Below, piece by piece: positions 17,762 to 29,130 of a stretch of 64,000 bases of DNA. The notes beneath the pieces were generated by a model. The model searched no databases and had not been told where the DNA came from. It was given only the letters and a program-made list of their open reading frames with translations. Position numbers and translations under genes: made by a program. Position 1 is the first letter of the stretch; every line of letters starts with the position of its first letter. Source of the DNA: an uncultured Planctomycetales bacterium (lineage in GTDB: Bacteria; Omnitrophota; Gorgyraeia; Zapsychrales; JANLHA01); the NCBI GenBank assembly GCA_964374105.1, contig CAYJXI010000008.1, forward strand, positions 2,589 to 66,588. Direction: 5' to 3'.

Positions 17762-18765
17762 TGGGAGAATTAAGACGTGATCCAATCATAGGTCGATGGG
17801 TGATTGTAGAGAATGACAACGATTCTTATTCACCGCAAGACTATGGAGTTGAGGAAAGGATCCCAAAGCAGAAAGCCATTTGTCAATTCTGCAGTGGGAA
17901 AGAGAATCTTACTCCACCCGAGGTGGATGCTATTCGGGTTGGGGGCTCTTCTCCCAATACCCCTGGGTGGTTAGCCAGAGTGGTTTCCAATAAGTTCCCC
18001 GCACTTAAAATCGAGGGTGAACTCGATAAACGAGGAACGGGAATTTATGACATCTCTAACGGGGTGGGGGCCCATGAGGTTCTTATTGAAACCCCCGAAC
18101 ATTATTTGAACCTTGCCGACCTTAAGGTGGAAGATTTTGTCAATGCGATCAAGCTTTATCAGAATCGTTCTTTGAGCCTAGCCCGAGACAAACGTTTTAA
18201 GTATATTATGATCTTTAAAAACTACGGGGAGTCAGCCGGGGCCTCGGTGGAACATGCGCATAGCCAGATCATCGCGCTTCCCATGGTCCCCAAATATGTC
18301 TTAGAAGAATTGGAAGGGGCGGTCTCTTACTTTAACTTTCGGGGAAGATGTATTTATTGTGATATCATTGAATTAGAATATGCAGACAAAGACAGGGTTG
18401 TAACCGAAAACGATACTTTTATCTGTTTTTGTCCCTACGTGCCCAGGTATCCTTTTGAATGCTGGATTTTACCTAAAGAACATCATTCTGATTTTTGTTC
18501 GCTTTCTGATAGAGAATGTTTTCAGTTAGCCAGTTTATTGAAAGAGATGCTATGTCGTATTAAGATTTGCTTATCCGATCCTTCTTACAATTATTATTTG
18601 CATGTGACTCCCGTGAATTATGAGAGAGAAGAAAGTTATCACTGGCATATTGAGATTGTTCCCCAGCTGACCCGTGAGGCCGGCTTCGAATGGGGAACGG
18701 GATTTTATATGGTGAGAACCTCGCCTTCGGTGGCGGCAGAATATTTAAGAAAAGTGCGGCTTTAA
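17761..18765 (+). CDS. galT: Galactose-1-phosphate uridylyltransferase-family protein, paralog 2 with an intact HxHxQ active site
   Basis: ELRRDPIIGRWVIV, CQFC and VEHAHSQIIALP. The start overlaps the stop of paralog 1 (TAATG). Confidence 0.75.
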   Translation: MGELRRDPIIGRWVIVENDNDSYSPQDYGVEERIPKQKAICQFCSGKENLTPPEVDAIRVGGSSPNTPGWLARVVSNKFPALKIEGELDKRGTGIYDISNGVGAHEVLIETPEHYLNLADLKVEDFVNAIKLYQNRSLSLARDKRFKYIMIFKNYGESAGASVEHAHSQIIALPMVPKYVLEELEGAVSYFNFRGRCIYCDIIELEYADKDRVVTENDTFICFCPYVPRYPFECWILPKEHHSDFCSLSDRECFQLASLLKEMLCRIKICLSDPSYNYYLHVTPVNYEREESYHWHIEIVPQLTREAGFEWGTGFYMVRTSPSVAAEYLRKVRL

Positions 18766-18773
18766 TTCATCAT

Positions 18774-18830
18774 GGGGACAGCGCCCTTTATCAAATAATT
18801 ATGTCTGGAATAAAAAAAGGGCGCTGTCCC
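18774..18830 (+). terminator. Perfect 15-bp stem hairpin (GGGACAGCGCCCTTT / AAAGGGCGCTGTCCC, 26-nt loop) between galT and gap
   Basis: Read directly. It shares a GGGGACAG 5' arm with the hairpins at 782 and 16585. Confidence 0.45.
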
Positions 18831-18844
18831 TTAAAATCAAATAG

Positions 18845-19903
<1,059 letters not shown>

Positions 19904-19947
19904 AAACAGCATATTTTTTTCATCTGCCCCATTTTGGGTTGGGAGTT

Positions 19948-19986
19948 AAAGGCCGGTTACTTAAGCGTAACTGGCCTTTATTCTTA
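19948..19986 (+). terminator. Rho-independent terminator after gap (AAAGGCCGGTTAC / GTAACTGGCCTTT, loop TTAAGC, then TTTATTCTT)
   Basis: Inverted repeat plus U-rich tail read directly. Confidence 0.6.
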
Positions 19987-20108
19987 TAATAAATCTTAGA
20001 AGAAACTTTTTGCTTTGACTTGGGAGGGTTATATTGCTATGATTACGCCACTTAAGCTTGTCATACTTAAAACAGTACGGTTCTTGCTAAAGGCCCTGTC
20101 CCTACAGG

Positions 20109-21914
20109 GTGTGTCTGATGGTTATGAAATATCACTTCTTGACCCCGCTTATTATTTTTCTCTGTGTCGCCGTGATTTTTAGCCTTCCTGTTTTCCACAA
20201 CTTTCACCATTGGGGGCAGATGGAATGGGATCAGTTTACCTTCTGGAACGCTGTCCCCCGAGAAACAATATTAACATATCAGCAATTTCCCTTGTGGAAT
20301 CCCTACGCGAATGGCGGCAACGTCTTATTAGCCCATCCGCATTCTTCCTTTCTTTCCCCCTTCTATATTTTCGTATTGATTTTTGGGCCGGTCATTGGCT
20401 TAAAATTAGAGATCATCATCCATTTGATCATTGGGTTAGGAGGAATGTTTTTTCTTTCGCAATATTTATCGCTGAATAAGATATCTTCCTATTGCGCCTC
20501 TTTTGTCTTTATGCTAAGTTCCCTCTACGCGTTACATTTAACCGAAGGCCACACAGAGTGGTTAACCATGGCCTTTGTCCCATGGATGTTTTTGTTTTAT
20601 TTAAAAAGCTTCAAGGAAACGAGACACGTGCTGGGGGCAATTGTATTCTTTGGATTAATGCTTTTGGGAGGAAGCGTTGATGTTGTGACTGTAACAACAG
20701 TTTTTTTTTCGATTTATGCTCTTTTAAAATTATTTGAGCTGAGACAAATAACGCCTCTCATAACTTTATGTTTGATTTTTGGTGGGACATTCTTACTGTG
20801 TGCCGTTAAGTTATTGCCCATGCTTGAATTTCTTGATGAATGTTCCCGACTAACAAGGGAAACAAGCCGAATAGATTTGGGTGTACTGCGCGATATGTTT
20901 TTTAGCAGAGAGCAAGCCCATTTGGATTCCTTGGATTGGGATACAACTCAAAATATGGGGTTGGCCTATGGATGGCATGAATATGGAGCTTATATCGGTG
21001 TCGTTCCCTTTTCATTATACGTGTACGGTTCCTTAAGAGGTTTTAAAAAAAATTGGCCCTTGGTATTAACAGGGATAATATCTCTGTTGATTGCGATGGG
21101 GAATCAATCCCCGGTTGATTTATGGAAAATTTTACATAACTTACCCTTTTATGATTCGCTGAGAGTCCCCACGAGATTTGTTTTAGGTTTTGTTTTTTCT
21201 GTGGCCATATTGTCAGGGGTGGGGTTGGCTTACTTAGAAAAGGACGTATTGGCCAAGACTCCCAGCATACAGGCCGCACCCTTAAGCAGCTATCTTGTAT
21301 TGATCGTTTTATTTGTGATTTTCGATTTATGGCAGGTGGATTCTCCAATCTTTAGGAGCGCCTTTCGGATCGCGCCTTTAGCTGTTGAGCGAAATTCTGT
21401 TTTTCTTCAAAGGTATGAATACCTCAACCTTCATGAAGAGAATAAATTTGAAAATATTATCGGCGAAAAGATGAGCAACAGTTCGATGTATCCGGTTTTT
21501 TTAAGCAACAGTGGCATCTTAGAAGGGAATGAGGTGATTCATGTCCCTAAGGGAGAGGTCAAGGCCATCTTTGATGAGGAATATCAAGGGGAAGTTTATT
21601 TGGCTGAATCTCAAGGCCAGGCGTCGTTTAAGTATTTTTCTCCTAATAAAATAACGGTAGATATCAAGGTGCATAAACCAGACACGCTCGTGGTAAATCA
21701 AAATTATTATGAGGGATGGAAGGTCAACAAGAGCAATCAAACAGAACATGCTGTCTCTTTTCAAGGATTAATCGCCACACCCGTTATGCCCGGCGATCAT
21801 ACGGTTACTTTTTATTATCGGCCCTTGAGTTTTTTGGCGGGTTTGTCCGTAACGATTAGTTTTGTTTTACTTGTTTCCTTGTTTTATATGAAAAGGTTAA
21901 AATTTCATTCTTAA
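20109..21914 (+). CDS. Polytopic membrane protein (about 12 TM N-terminal region plus C-terminal extracytoplasmic domain), function unknown; start uncertain (GTG 20109, ATG 20118 or 20124)
   Basis: Long hydrophobic segments. No recognisable catalytic motif. Confidence 0.5.
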   Translation: MCLMVMKYHFLTPLIIFLCVAVIFSLPVFHNFHHWGQMEWDQFTFWNAVPRETILTYQQFPLWNPYANGGNVLLAHPHSSFLSPFYIFVLIFGPVIGLKLEIIIHLIIGLGGMFFLSQYLSLNKISSYCASFVFMLSSLYALHLTEGHTEWLTMAFVPWMFLFYLKSFKETRHVLGAIVFFGLMLLGGSVDVVTVTTVFFSIYALLKLFELRQITPLITLCLIFGGTFLLCAVKLLPMLEFLDECSRLTRETSRIDLGVLRDMFFSREQAHLDSLDWDTTQNMGLAYGWHEYGAYIGVVPFSLYVYGSLRGFKKNWPLVLTGIISLLIAMGNQSPVDLWKILHNLPFYDSLRVPTRFVLGFVFSVAILSGVGLAYLEKDVLAKTPSIQAAPLSSYLVLIVLFVIFDLWQVDSPIFRSAFRIAPLAVERNSVFLQRYEYLNLHEENKFENIIGEKMSNSSMYPVFLSNSGILEGNEVIHVPKGEVKAIFDEEYQGEVYLAESQGQASFKYFSPNKITVDIKVHKPDTLVVNQNYYEGWKVNKSNQTEHAVSFQGLIATPVMPGDHTVTFYYRPLSFLAGLSVTISFVLLVSLFYMKRLKFHS

Positions 21915-21954
21915 ATGGAGTCCCGGAGCTTCTCTAGTAGAGAGGAATCCATCT

Positions 21955-22899
21955 GTGAAGATTAACGGCAAGTTTTTACGGTTCATGGTTGCCCTCAGCA
22001 TAACCGTTGGTATTTTCGTCTTCCTGCTTTCAACGATAGATTTTTCCAGGGTCATGGCTGCCCTACAAGAAGCGAATATTTCTCTCATAATTTTTGTATT
22101 CTTTATTTTAATCTTTGGTAATTCCCTACTGGATGTCTGTAGATGGAAAGTTATATTGCATTATCTCCATTATCCTATTTCTTTTAAAGAAGCCTTGTTG
22201 ATCAAAGTAGCGGCTAATTTGTTGATCACGGTATTGCCGTTTAGGAGCGGAGAACTGTCCCGCCTTGTGTATCTCAAACGTTTGAAAAATATTCCTTATA
22301 CCAAAACCACACTTTCCATTGCGGTGGAATACGGTCATAAAATTTTCATCCTGCTGCTTTATCTGTGCATAGGCATGGGCTTGTACTATTTTGAAAATCA
22401 TAAGCAAAATACGGGTTATGATTTTAACCGTTTTTCCTTAACTTTGATGCCCTTATGTTTTATTAAGCTCGACATCTATAGGGTGATCATGGCAAAATGG
22501 GGGGAGAAATACCTCTCTGTCTTCCAGCTTCATTTTAACGAGTTAAAGGATCTTCTTAAGAATAAAAAGATATTTTTTTTTAATTTTTTGTACACCAGTA
22601 CGGATTTTATCAATTTCTATTTGCTATCCAAATCGTTGTCGATGGACATCCCTGTTTCTGCAATATTGTTTTTTCTCCCTCTCATTTTATTTATCAGCTG
22701 TCTGCCGTTCACTATAGCAGGACTGGGGTCGAGGGAGTTATCTATCCTATTTTTCTTTCAGAAATACGCCTCTTCTGAGGTGCTGTTGTCATTAGGCATA
22801 TTGTATTCTTTGGTGGAGTTTGTATTACCTTTTTTGGTAGGGGTATTGGTTATGGCCTTTTTCTTTAGACAAAATCCTAAATTTGAGTGTTGGCCGTGA
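21955..22899 (+). CDS. Integral membrane protein resembling the lysyl-PG-synthase-TM / flippase-like family commonly paired with GT2 enzymes
   Basis: 8 or more TM segments, GTG start with an AGAGGA RBS. Family assignment is by pattern only. Confidence 0.4.
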   Translation: MKINGKFLRFMVALSITVGIFVFLLSTIDFSRVMAALQEANISLIIFVFFILIFGNSLLDVCRWKVILHYLHYPISFKEALLIKVAANLLITVLPFRSGELSRLVYLKRLKNIPYTKTTLSIAVEYGHKIFILLLYLCIGMGLYYFENHKQNTGYDFNRFSLTLMPLCFIKLDIYRVIMAKWGEKYLSVFQLHFNELKDLLKNKKIFFFNFLYTSTDFINFYLLSKSLSMDIPVSAILFFLPLILFISCLPFTIAGLGSRELSILFFFQKYASSEVLLSLGILYSLVEFVLPFLVGVLVMAFFFRQNPKFECWP

Positions 22900-24536
22900 A
22901 TCAAATCCAGAGACATCGTATGAATGACGGTAGGCATCGAAATCAAAAAATTGTCATCGCAATTATCGTTTTGGCGGGCAGCTTATTTTTCTTGTTTTTT
23001 AACCTTGGGCACTATGCGCTCTGGGATGATGAAGCTACAACAGCCCTTTATGCCCAATCCGTCTGGCGTACCGGGGATACCTACGCCTTGTTAGATCATC
23101 ATTTGATTGCTTATGATTCGGGGATTGACTTAAAAGGTCTTTACAGCCGATATATGCCCCCGTTGCCATTTTATCTAGCCGCTGTGTTTGTCGCCAACTT
23201 TCCTGGATCAGCTTTTGCGGCACGGTTACCTTTTGCCATTTGCGGATTGTTAGCGGTAGGGATGATGCTTTTATGGTTATGGCGATCCGGGGCTTCTCTT
23301 AAGACATGGGGCCTTACCGCGATAGGCATTCTTTGTAACGTTTCGCTCATGTTATTTAGCCGGCAATGCCGTTATTACTCGATATCCATCCTCATGGCAA
23401 TACTTTTAGCCTTTCTCTATTTTTACCGAGATGAGCGAATAAAGACCTCAGCAGCAATAACGGTGACCTCACTTTTACTTTTTTCCTCCAATTATTTGAG
23501 CTATGCCGCTGTTTATGCCTGTCTGATCGTTGATTATCTTTTCTGGGGTCGAAAAACCCGCCCTATTCCCTATCCTCAACTTGCCATAATTTTTGTTCCC
23601 CAATTTCTGATCGGTGGATTGATTTTTAATATATTCAACCCCCTGGGCAAGGACCTGTGGGAGCATTATACGTACGCACAGTTTTGGAGGGGAAAGGCCG
23701 CATTATTACTGGAAAGCTTTTACAGTCTTAATGCGTGTGAGTTAGGTGTGGGAATACTTATTCTCCTAGCGCCGATCCTGTATTTGTTCACGAGAGACAA
23801 TCTCTTGCGTTGTTTTGTGGCTAGCGGCATTTATTTACTTGTGGTTGGATTGCTTTCTCCGCCCTTAAGTAAAATAGGGACAACGGTCAGATACCTTGCC
23901 CCGTTGATTCCTCTGTGCATTTTGACGACGGCCTTAAGCATACAGGCATTAACCATTCGTCTGAAGTGGTTATCCATTCCGCTGGCGGTGTTTGCCTTCG
24001 GGACAAATGTATTGCACGGCGGACCATGGGGCCTCACTGATAACAAAACGAAGTTTAGCCGAGTTCTGGCTCAAGATCGATTCAGGTCTACGGTTATAGA
24101 ATTTACGAAGGAATTGATTTCGCCGCCTCCGAGCGCTTATCGGGTGACGTCCGCATGGATTAATCAAAATTTAACAGAGGGGGACACTCTTTGGGTCATG
24201 CCTTCTTATGCCGCGTATCCTCTTATGTACCATGCACCGAAGCCGACCTATGCCTGGCAATTGAAGGGAGTCTCAGAGTCGTTTAAGGGTTTATCGGCGA
24301 TTCATTTTATGTATCAAATCCCGCCCGATTATGTTATTGCTTTCGGCCCTTATGTCGGTATTGTTCAGGATGAACTGGTGGCATTAGAAAAAAGGGGAGT
24401 CCATTATGTTCAAATCCAACAGATCGACCAATATTGGTATGATTTGACAAGACCGGAATTGTTTTGGCATTCATTCCGTAAAATAGAGAATTATTCATCA
24501 ACGTCAGAGGCAGTTTACATCTTTAAACGCATTTAA
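22887..24536 (+). CDS. GT-C fold glycosyltransferase, ArnT/PMT_2-like (uses polyprenyl-phosphate-sugar donors)
   Basis: First-loop motif ALWDDEATTALYAQSVWRTGD and ARLPFAICGLLAV match the ArnT/PMT_2 DE...RLP pattern. Multi-TM. An alternative ATG lies at 22920. Confidence 0.6.
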   Translation: MLAVNQIQRHRMNDGRHRNQKIVIAIIVLAGSLFFLFFNLGHYALWDDEATTALYAQSVWRTGDTYALLDHHLIAYDSGIDLKGLYSRYMPPLPFYLAAVFVANFPGSAFAARLPFAICGLLAVGMMLLWLWRSGASLKTWGLTAIGILCNVSLMLFSRQCRYYSISILMAILLAFLYFYRDERIKTSAAITVTSLLLFSSNYLSYAAVYACLIVDYLFWGRKTRPIPYPQLAIIFVPQFLIGGLIFNIFNPLGKDLWEHYTYAQFWRGKAALLLESFYSLNACELGVGILILLAPILYLFTRDNLLRCFVASGIYLLVVGLLSPPLSKIGTTVRYLAPLIPLCILTTALSIQALTIRLKWLSIPLAVFAFGTNVLHGGPWGLTDNKTKFSRVLAQDRFRSTVIEFTKELISPPPSAYRVTSAWINQNLTEGDTLWVMPSYAAYPLMYHAPKPTYAWQLKGVSESFKGLSAIHFMYQIPPDYVIAFGPYVGIVQDELVALEKRGVHYVQIQQIDQYWYDLTRPELFWHSFRKIENYSSTSEAVYIFKRI

Positions 24537-24546
24537 CGAAATCTTT

Positions 24547-26199
24547 ATGAAATTGAGCTTATTCGATTTTGAATTACCCCTAAATAAAAGGAATTTGTTA
24601 TTCATAACAATCGGCAGTTGGCTTTGTTTAGGCATCCTGATATGGATGATTCAGAAGATTTCCATTAATGGCCCGGATCTATTTAACGAGACCGAAACAT
24701 ATCTTTTTAGTCACTATCTTCAAGAAATTGGTATTTATTTATTGGCTAGTTTTATTATCTTTATACTGCCCGGGTTGATATGGATTAACGTTTTTTTCAA
24801 CAGGAAATATACGACCTTAGAATTATTAGCGGTTTCTTTCATCGCCAGTTTAACCGGGTTAATCGTTATGACTACCATGTTTAAGATGGCTACCTCTAAA
24901 GAGTTGCAATTCTTGAATTTTCTTTCTATGCTCCTGACATTGACTTTTACAGGACTAATGATGTGCCTCAAAAAGGATATTCTTATAAATACGATCAAAA
25001 TTTCTTTAGCGCATATCCTTTTATGTTTCCTTTTGATATTCCTCATTGTTATGGTAGGGTGGGTTTTTCAAGAAGAAATATTACGAGTTGATTATGATAG
25101 AAATTTCTCACCGGAACGAATTTTAGACATACCGTTAGGAATGCAGGATGACGTCTTAGAAAGTTTTGGTTTAATGAATAGTCTCAAGACTTATTTACTG
25201 CCGTATTGGGATCTAGAATATGCGGATCGTTTCGGCTACTCTATTATTGATCCGCCTTTAAGGATTTTTATTTCTCTATTTTTAATGCTTTTTTTGGGTG
25301 AGTCTTTTGCGGTCCAGAGTTTGAATACTTTATTAGTGCTGCTGTTGAGTTTTTGGCTAGTTGTCCATTTATCAACTTTAGAAATGAAAAGAACAAATCG
25401 TTTCTTTTTTGTTCTTGTGATTCCCTTTTTGTTTCTGGACTATCTTTTTGTTTTTTTAGAGCATCACGAATCTTCCCTGGTTTTGATTGACCATATCCAT
25501 TTTATGAGTCTATTCGTTATGGCCCAATTTTATTTTCTATTAATGGGGAAACACAATCTGTTTCTTATCTTTGCTTTGTTAGCGTTTTTAACTAAATTTG
25601 AAGCAGTTTTGTTCACTCTTCTGGGCCTTTGGTTTTATCAAAAAATATGCAAACCTCAGCCTCAAACCATCTCTGATCTCTTCAGGAAATATTTAATGCT
25701 TATTTCGCCTTATATTTTGCTGATGATCATGATCGGTATGCTTCGAAGAGATTTGGGCGCCTATCTAGAAGCTTTCTTTTTGGAAAGATTTGTACGGATG
25801 GATCATTTTCATCTTTTCGATAAGGTCTTCCCGCATGAATCAACGGCGCCCTGGGGTTCTTTTTCTGTGAAAGCAACATGGGAATTCTTTAAGCAATTCA
25901 TGCTGGGTTCAAGTTTTCTGGGTATTGTCATATTCTTTCCTCAAAAGGACAAAATCTCCTGTTTTTTTAACCGAATGACTATCTTTTATTTTATTTTAGT
26001 TATGATCAGCCGGGAAAAGAGGGTACATTATATTTCACCGTTAGTCTTAATGTCTTCCATAGTCGCTTTACGGATGTTGTTTTTAACTAAATGGAAAGAG
26101 CATTTTCTTCCTTACGTATATCGTTTAGCAGAGAGGATGGGAGCATTTCCTCAAAAACTAAAAAAAATGATACACGAAGAAAAGAATATGAGAGAATAG
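24547..26199 (+). CDS. Polytopic membrane protein, unknown function (very AT/Phe/Leu-rich)
   Basis: More than 12 predicted TM helices; no motif recognised. Confidence 0.45.
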   Translation: MKLSLFDFELPLNKRNLLFITIGSWLCLGILIWMIQKISINGPDLFNETETYLFSHYLQEIGIYLLASFIIFILPGLIWINVFFNRKYTTLELLAVSFIASLTGLIVMTTMFKMATSKELQFLNFLSMLLTLTFTGLMMCLKKDILINTIKISLAHILLCFLLIFLIVMVGWVFQEEILRVDYDRNFSPERILDIPLGMQDDVLESFGLMNSLKTYLLPYWDLEYADRFGYSIIDPPLRIFISLFLMLFLGESFAVQSLNTLLVLLLSFWLVVHLSTLEMKRTNRFFFVLVIPFLFLDYLFVFLEHHESSLVLIDHIHFMSLFVMAQFYFLLMGKHNLFLIFALLAFLTKFEAVLFTLLGLWFYQKICKPQPQTISDLFRKYLMLISPYILLMIMIGMLRRDLGAYLEAFFLERFVRMDHFHLFDKVFPHESTAPWGSFSVKATWEFFKQFMLGSSFLGIVIFFPQKDKISCFFNRMTIFYFILVMISREKRVHYISPLVLMSSIVALRMLFLTKWKEHFLPYVYRLAERMGAFPQKLKKMIHEEKNMRE

Positions 26200-26312
26200 A
26201 GAAGAAAGAAATAGAAAATGCGTTCTACTGCTTTTGATTAGTAATTGCCATTTAACTGGCCGTATGTTATATTTTTCTCGAGGTATATCAAACCTTTATT
26301 TCGCAAGGAATT

Positions 26313-28067
26313 ATGAAGTTAGCTTTAATTTACCCCCCATTTTTTCATAAGAAGTTTAATGAAAACCTCCCGACGGTTGATGATGAATTCGGCTTATTCC
26401 CTCACATCGGTTTTGGTTGGGTAGCGGCTGCTACTAAACAGGCCGGCCATGAGCTCAAGCTATTTGATGCCGCGGTGTCCAAATGCCGGTACGAAACCGT
26501 TTTGAAAGAGGTCCGGGATTACAGTCCCGATATATTAGGTTTTGCCGCTCATGCGATCCAGACGTATCGCGACATGCTGGTATGGGCCAAGAAATTCAAA
26601 AAGGATACCGGCCTGCCTATTTTGGTCGGCGGGTATGAGGCAAAAATTTATCCTTTAGAGATTATGGAACATTCATGCTTTGACTATTTGTGTGCCGGTG
26701 AAGCGGTGACGTTCATGGGGCCTTTCTTAGAAGCATTTAAGAGAGGATATGATTATGATAAAGTTCCGGACCTTTTTTATCGTAAGAATTGGCAAGTGAG
26801 AAGAACCCAAGATGCCCCGCATATTCCCTTCAGTCAGCATCCTCATCCTGATCGGTCCATTTTCCCTAATGAGCTTTATTACTCCCATGTGTCTTCTCGA
26901 AGGAATTTTACCATTGGCATGTCCGAAGTCGGCTGTCCCTACCCATGTACGTTTTGTTCGATGAGGCACACGGGCTTTGATGCCAGGACCCCAAAGCAGG
27001 TAGCCGATGAAATGCAGGAATGTGTTGAGCGTTACAACATCCATGAAATCGATTGGTTTGATCCCATCATGCTGTATGACCGAAATCGGATGATGAATTT
27101 AGCCGAGGAATTAAAGCGCCGCAAACTGGATATGATTTGGTCCACCAGAACGCGAGTCGATTGTCTTTCTTTCAGACGTCCTGATGGCAATGTTGATGAG
27201 GAGCTTATTCAAGCCCTTACCGAGTCTGGCTGTAAACGTCTTTTTTTCGGCATAGAGTCGGGAGATGACGAGGTTTTAAAAAATATCAGAAAGGCCAGCC
27301 GGACTGACAATATGCGCAAGGTATTGGAAGCCGTCGCAGCTCATGGCATTCGCCCTTTAGGTTTTTTTATGATCGGCAATCCCGGAGAAACCAAGGAGTC
27401 GGTTTATAAAACCATCACCTACGCTAAATCCCTGCCGTTGGATTATGCGCAATTTACCATTACCATCATGAAGCCCCACTCTGAATTGGAGAAAGATAAC
27501 TTTAAGGCTTTAGAAACAATCAACTATTGGCGTGAATACATTCGCGGAACCGTGGAAGAGCGCGTTCTGCCTACTCCCTGGACTAACCTCACTCGCGCTG
27601 AAATAGAGGTCTTGACGCGAATGGCGTATCTGCATTTCTACGCCAGACCCCGATACATTTTAAGAATGATCAGACGGTTACAATCCAGGGAAGAATTGAT
27701 GCGTTATGTGCGGGTATTTTTTCAGCTTTTATTGCGGCCGGTACGGCCTCAACAAGGGAAGAAAATACCTTTCATCGTTAAGGTCATAAGGTGCGTGTTG
27801 GCATTCTTGGAAGGGCTTATTGCTGTTATTAACAAGGGTGCCAGACATCCTGTTGCGGCCTATGGAGGAGGAGTGCGAGGGGCCTGGCAGTTGGCGAAAC
27901 GTGAATGGAAACGGTCAACAACCCTCGAAGATTTACCGGCTCCTGGTAATATGGACGAAGATCTTCTAATGATAGGTTCTGATAAACAATCTGACCAACG
28001 GGAGCAATTTGACCAACCCACCCGCTATATCCCTGTTTCCTCTGGTTCCCTAGGTTCTAGGCGCTAA
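26313..28067 (+). CDS. B12-binding (class B) radical SAM protein with a low-complexity C-terminal tail
   Basis: MKLALIYPPFF...GFGWVAAATKQAGHELKLFD B12-domain pattern and CPYPCTFC motif. Confidence 0.75.
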   Translation: MKLALIYPPFFHKKFNENLPTVDDEFGLFPHIGFGWVAAATKQAGHELKLFDAAVSKCRYETVLKEVRDYSPDILGFAAHAIQTYRDMLVWAKKFKKDTGLPILVGGYEAKIYPLEIMEHSCFDYLCAGEAVTFMGPFLEAFKRGYDYDKVPDLFYRKNWQVRRTQDAPHIPFSQHPHPDRSIFPNELYYSHVSSRRNFTIGMSEVGCPYPCTFCSMRHTGFDARTPKQVADEMQECVERYNIHEIDWFDPIMLYDRNRMMNLAEELKRRKLDMIWSTRTRVDCLSFRRPDGNVDEELIQALTESGCKRLFFGIESGDDEVLKNIRKASRTDNMRKVLEAVAAHGIRPLGFFMIGNPGETKESVYKTITYAKSLPLDYAQFTITIMKPHSELEKDNFKALETINYWREYIRGTVEERVLPTPWTNLTRAEIEVLTRMAYLHFYARPRYILRMIRRLQSREELMRYVRVFFQLLLRPVRPQQGKKIPFIVKVIRCVLAFLEGLIAVINKGARHPVAAYGGGVRGAWQLAKREWKRSTTLEDLPAPGNMDEDLLMIGSDKQSDQREQFDQPTRYIPVSSGSLGSRR

Positions 28068-28087
28068 CAAGGACCGTCATCTACAAA

Positions 28088-29080
28088 ATGAATTTAACGA
28101 GAAAAATAAAAATAGCCCAGAAAGTTCTCTCTGCTAAAATTTCTAAGAAATATTGTCCTCTGACAGTTAGTTGGGCTATTACAAGGCGTTGCCGCCAGAG
28201 GTGTTCCTATTGTGGGGTTGTGGTCCCCAAAGAAGAATTATCCACAGAAGAAATTTTTACGATCATTGACAAATTGAGTCGTTTTGGAACGGAAAGGATT
28301 TCGTTTACCGGTGGAGAGCCGTTATTAAGGGAAGATTTAGGGCGTATTATCGATTACGCTAAAGGTAAAGATATTGTTTCCGTTGTTAATACGAATGGAG
28401 ATTTGTTAAAGCAGGCAATACAAAAGTTATCGAATGTCGAGAGAATTACGATGAGTTTTGACGGACCGGATGAGGTCCACAGGGAATTGAGGCGCGGCAA
28501 TTCCCATCATCTTGAGGCGATAAAATTATGCCGGTCAGAAGGTATTCCGATCGTCTTAACCACTGTCTTATCCAAACTCAATCTTGATTATATAGATTAC
28601 ATTTTGGATATAGCAGAGAAGTTCAATATCAAGGTGTTATTTCAGCCAGCCCAGCTTAATTTGTTGGGTCAAGACAAGACAAATCCATTAGCTTTAGAAA
28701 AACAACAGTTGCAAGACCAGATTGAAAGATTAATCAAGAAGAAATCACAAGGGAATAGTCATATCTATAACTCACTATCCGGATTGAGACATCTAAAGCA
28801 TTGGCCTGAGGCCGCGATAATCCCCTGCTGGGCGGCTAAATTGCATTGTCGAATCGATAGCGATGGTTATATATACCCTTGCGGGCACACAACAGCCGCT
28901 TATAAAGAGCGATCAATCTTTTACAAGGATTTAAATGATTATAATGAACTTTATGATTTGGTACCTGTTGGTTGCCGTCACTGTTGGTGTGCATCGATCG
29001 TTGAATACAATTTAGCCCTTTCTTTCCATATGGATTCTCTTTGGAATATTGCTAATAATGAAAATCATTTTTTCAATTAA
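28088..29080 (+). CDS. Radical SAM protein with C-terminal SPASM/twitch-like Cys cluster
   Basis: CRQRCSYC CxxxCxxC, FTGGEPLLR, and C-terminal CWAAKLHC...PCGH...GCRHCWC. Confidence 0.7.
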   Translation: MNLTRKIKIAQKVLSAKISKKYCPLTVSWAITRRCRQRCSYCGVVVPKEELSTEEIFTIIDKLSRFGTERISFTGGEPLLREDLGRIIDYAKGKDIVSVVNTNGDLLKQAIQKLSNVERITMSFDGPDEVHRELRRGNSHHLEAIKLCRSEGIPIVLTTVLSKLNLDYIDYILDIAEKFNIKVLFQPAQLNLLGQDKTNPLALEKQQLQDQIERLIKKKSQGNSHIYNSLSGLRHLKHWPEAAIIPCWAAKLHCRIDSDGYIYPCGHTTAAYKERSIFYKDLNDYNELYDLVPVGCRHCWCASIVEYNLALSFHMDSLWNIANNENHFFN

Positions 29081-29130
29081 TGAATGAAATTTTTGGGTAT
29101 GTCAATTGCGGTTTTTAAGGGAAGGCGTTT

